DNA from: Comamonadaceae bacterium PBBC2
Lineage (GTDB): Bacteria; Pseudomonadota; Gammaproteobacteria; Burkholderiales; Burkholderiaceae_C
Direction of reading: 5' to 3'
Assembly (NCBI GenBank): GCA_002255935.1
Contig: NKIO01000110.1
Span: 1-6,304 of the forward strand
DNA: 6,304 bases
Of the stretch, positions 3,703 through 6,304 are shown piece by piece. Positions within the stretch are counted from its first letter, which is position 1, and each line of letters begins with the position of its first letter. The position numbers and the translations under genes were made by a program. The notes beneath the pieces were generated by a model. The model did no database searches. It had not been told where the DNA came from and saw only the letters and a program-made list of their open reading frames with translations.

Positions 3703-4446
3703 TCACGCGTCTTGGTCGCGCAAACGGGTGATGTCCTGGCGCAGGTCTTGAGCCCAGGCGCGGCGGTCGCGGCCCTTGGCGGATTGGGGCTCACCAAAAT
3801 GCACCACGGCGATGATGCGCGGTGATGTGAGCGTGCGCCAGATGGAGCCGATCAAGGTGTCGTCACCGATGTAGCACGGCGCAAAGCTGGGTTCACCCGT
3901 GACCGCGTCGATGAACTTGAGCGACATGGGCTGCACCGGCGCATCGGCCAAGATGGCCGACTGGATCAGGTTGGCATGAAATGGCAAGATGTTACGCCCA
4001 TCGCTGGTGGTGCCTTCCGGAAACACCGCCACCACATCGCCGTCTTTCATCGCGTCGGCCATGTCCTTGACCATGCGCAAGGCGTCTTTGCGGTTGGTGC
4101 GCTCGATGTACAAACTGCCCGAGCCGGTGGCCAAGGTGCCGATCAGGGGCCATTGGCGGATGTCCGACTTGGCCACAAAGCGGCAGTGCCTGGCCGCGTG
4201 AATCACCGAGATGTCGAGCCAGGAAATGTGGTTGGCCACGATCAAGGCCGGGCCATTGAGCACCGGCTGCCCCAACACTTTCAGGTGAATGTCCCACAGC
4301 GCCAAAAACTGCAGCGACCACACCTGCACGCGCATCTCGCGTTGCTCGGCACTGAGCCTTGGAAAGTGCGCATGAATCCACCACATGCCCACGACCACAT
4401 GCCACAGGCCGCGCAGCATCTTCCAGACGGCGTGGATGGATTTCAT
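3703..4446 (-). CDS. Lysophospholipid / 1-acyl-sn-glycerol-3-phosphate acyltransferase family protein (PlsC-like)
   Basis: It has the HX4D motif NHISWLD and the FPEGTT motif typical of the PlsC/LPLAT family, a hydrophobic N-terminus and GC3-rich codons. It lies directly downstream of pyrC' in the same orientation. I chose the ATG at 4446 (MKSIHAVWKML...). In-frame GTG 4500 and ATG 4488 remain possible. Confidence 0.85.
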   Translation of the reverse strand: MKSIHAVWKMLRGLWHVVVGMWWIHAHFPRLSAEQREMRVQVWSLQFLALWDIHLKVLGQPVLNGPALIVANHISWLDISVIHAARHCRFVAKSDIRQWPLIGTLATGSGSLYIERTNRKDALRMVKDMADAMKDGDVVAVFPEGTTSDGRNILPFHANLIQSAILADAPVQPMSLKFIDAVTGEPSFAPCYIGDDTLIGSIWRTLTSPRIIAVVHFGEPQSAKGRDRRAWAQDLRQDITRLRDQDA

Positions 4447-4509
4447 CTCGCGCACTTCAAGGGTTTGTCGGTGCGGCTCCACCCACATGGGCGGACACAC
4501 GCAGCGCCA

Positions 4510-5805
4510 TCACTTGGCTTCAAAAGCCACATGCCCGCCCACCAAAGTGGTCAACACACGGCCGGGCAACTCGTAACCCGAGAACGGTGTGCTCTTGCCC
4601 TGACTGCGCAGGCACTCCGGCGTCACCAGCCAGTGGCCTTCGGTGGACAGCACACACACATCGGCCACACCGCCAATGGCCAAGTGACCGACCGAGCCTT
4701 GCAAGGTGTTGAGCGTGGTGCCCAGCACACGGGCCGGATCGGACGTGATGCGCGCCAGCACTTTGGGCAAATCCACGCCCGCCTCTTGGCCCCACTTGAG
4801 CGCCAGGCTCCAGAGCAACTCCATGCCGGTGGCGCCGGGCTCGGCCTCGGCAAAAGGCAAGGCCTTGGCATCGGCATCGACAGGCGTGTGGTCCGACACC
4901 AGCACATCGAGCGTGCCGTCCGCCAAGCCTGCACGCAAAGCTTCGCGGTCGCGCTGCTGACGCAGCACGGGGGTCAATCGGGCACGGCTGTCGAAGTAGC
5001 CCATGTCGGCATCGGTCAGGTGCAGCGAATTGATGCTCACGTCGGCCGTGATCGGCAGGCCCTCGGCCTTGGCCTGGCGAACCAACTCGACACCTTGCGC
5101 GCTGCTGATGCGGCACAGGTGCACGCGGGCGCGGGTGCTGCGCACCAATTCAAAAATCGTGTGCAAAGCGATCGTCTCGGCGGCCACCGACACGCCGGAC
5201 AAACCCATGCGAGTGGCCAAGGCGCCACTGGCGGCCACGCCTTTGCCCAGGTGCAGCTCTTGCGGGCGCAACCAGACCGTGAAGCCAAAGGTGCTGGCGT
5301 ATTGCAAAGCGCGTTGCAGCACTTGGGTGCTGGGGATCGGCACCTCGGCCTGGCTGAAGCCCACACAACCGGCATCGGTCAGCTGGACCATTTCGGTCAA
5401 CACATCGCCCTTGAGGCCCACGGTCAGTGCGCCCAAAGGCAGCACGCGGGCCTGGTGCAGTTTTTCGGCGCGGTAGCGCAGCATCTCCACCAGGCCTGGC
5501 TCGTCGAGCACCGGCTCGGTGTCGGGTGGGCAAACCAAGCTGGTCACCCCGCCGGCCACGGCAGCGGCCATTTCGCTCTCGAGCATGCCCGCGTGCTCTT
5601 GGCCGGGCTCGCGCAAACGCGAGGCCAAGTCCACCAAACCGGGGGCTACGATGCAGCCTTTGGCATCGATCACGCGGTTGGGGCTGAAGTCTGCGGGCAG
5701 CTGGCCCATGGCCACGATGCGGCCCGCCGCAATGGCCAAGTCCACCTTTTGGTCAAAGCCGCTGGCGGGGTCGATGACGCGGCCGTTTTGAATCAGGATC
5801 TTCAT
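4510..5805 (-). CDS. pyrC: Dihydroorotase-like protein, PyrC' type (probably the non-catalytic ATCase partner)
   Basis: The 431-aa product has an amidohydrolase/DHOase fold signature (MKILIQNGRVIDP..., APGLVDL..., LREPG, SDHTP). The usual metal-binding D-x-H-x-H reads VDLASRL here. ATG 5805 is preceded by GAGGGG about 8 nt upstream, 13 nt after the pyrB stop. Confidence 0.9.
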   Translation of the reverse strand: MKILIQNGRVIDPASGFDQKVDLAIAAGRIVAMGQLPADFSPNRVIDAKGCIVAPGLVDLASRLREPGQEHAGMLESEMAAAVAGGVTSLVCPPDTEPVLDEPGLVEMLRYRAEKLHQARVLPLGALTVGLKGDVLTEMVQLTDAGCVGFSQAEVPIPSTQVLQRALQYASTFGFTVWLRPQELHLGKGVAASGALATRMGLSGVSVAAETIALHTIFELVRSTRARVHLCRISSAQGVELVRQAKAEGLPITADVSINSLHLTDADMGYFDSRARLTPVLRQQRDREALRAGLADGTLDVLVSDHTPVDADAKALPFAEAEPGATGMELLWSLALKWGQEAGVDLPKVLARITSDPARVLGTTLNTLQGSVGHLAIGGVADVCVLSTEGHWLVTPECLRSQGKSTPFSGYELPGRVLTTLVGGHVAFEAK

Positions 5806-5818
5806 GTTCTTGTTCCCC

Positions 5819-6304
5819 TCAGGCTTCGTTACCAGCCACGATGCTCATCACCGCCATGCGAACGGCGATGCCAAAGGTCACCTGCGGCAAGATCACGCTT
5901 TGCTGACCATCGACCACGGCCGAGTCGATCTCCACGCCCCGGTTGATCGGGCCGGGGTGCATGACGATGGCGTCAGGCTTGGCCAGTTGCAGCTTCTCGG
6001 GCGTGAGGCCAAAGCTCTCGAAATATTCTTGGCTCGAGGGCAACAGCGCGCCACTCATGCGCTCGTTTTGCAGGCGCAGCATGATGACCACGTCGCAGCC
6101 CTTGATGCCTTCTTCCAGGTTGTTGAAGACGCGCACACCCATCTGGGCCATGTCGGCGGGCACCAGCGTTTTGGGGCCGACCACACGCACCTCGGCGCAG
6201 CCCAGCGTGGTCAGGGCATGGATGTCCGAGCGGGCCACCCGCGAGTGCAGCACATCGCCCACGATGGCCACGGTGAGGTTGGCAAAGTCTTTTTTGTAGT
6301 GCCG
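5819..6304 (-). CDS. pyrB: Aspartate carbamoyltransferase catalytic chain, C-terminal ~161 codons (N-terminus beyond the window end)
   Basis: The frame is open to the window edge ([26 protein letters not shown]...). Conserved ATCase motifs are present ([30 protein letters not shown]). The M at 6271 in the track is internal. Confidence 0.93.
   Translation of the reverse strand, partial: RHYKKDFANLTVAIVGDVLHSRVARSDIHALTTLGCAEVRVVGPKTLVPADMAQMGVRVFNNLEEGIKGCDVVIMLRLQNERMSGALLPSSQEYFESFGLTPEKLQLAKPDAIVMHPGPINRGVEIDSAVVDGQQSVILPQVTFGIAVRMAVMSIVAGNEA

Noticed and set aside
4447-4500. Longer acyltransferase start (GTG 4500 or ATG 4488)
   Set aside because: The extension (CPPMWVEPHRQTLEVRE) looks unlike the hydrophobic N-termini of this family. 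I cannot exclude it without alignments, so the start call carries uncertainty.
3976-5946. 656-aa plus-strand ORF, the longest in the window
   Set aside because: It lies antisense to three well-supported minus-strand genes (acyltransferase, pyrC', pyrB). Its translation is low-complexity and rich in A/G/R/H/Q, as expected for an open antisense frame in about 63% GC DNA. It has no start context.

Overview
This window joins two kinds of DNA. The left ~3.36 kb (1-3357) has about 43-47% GC by hand counts on sample lines. It is the right-hand end of a horizontally acquired integrative element whose left end lies off-window. The right ~2.9 kb has about 63% GC. It is Burkholderiales/Comamonadaceae-style core chromosome carrying pyrB (partial), a pyrC'-type dihydroorotase-like gene and an HX4D acyltransferase, all on the minus strand. 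The junction is a 45-nt 3' half of tRNA-Lys(UUU) (3313-3357) with no 5' half, followed by a strong bidirectional terminator. A 100-bp tandem repeat then fills the space up to the acyltransferase stop codon. The element carries a 190-aa tyrosine recombinase that consists of the catalytic domain only (473-1045, minus). Next comes ~1.2 kb with no credible ORF (1046-2246). That gap contains a perfect 12-7-12 palindrome (1650-1680), a heptanucleotide microsatellite (1492-1529) and an orphan terminator-like hairpin. A compact plus-strand operon of three small ORFs follows (146, 49 and 64 aa). The 49-aa ORF is missing from the supplied track, and a 15-bp hairpin buries the third start codon. I recognise no CRISPR array, no known defence or toxin domain and no intact RNA gene. 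The best candidate for something undescribed is the combination of the minimal recombinase, the lox/dif-like palindrome, the ORF-free 1.2 kb and the small-protein operon. It could be a site-specific switch or resolution module, or a large non-coding RNA locus. Every functional statement about the island is inference from sequence features, not a homology result.
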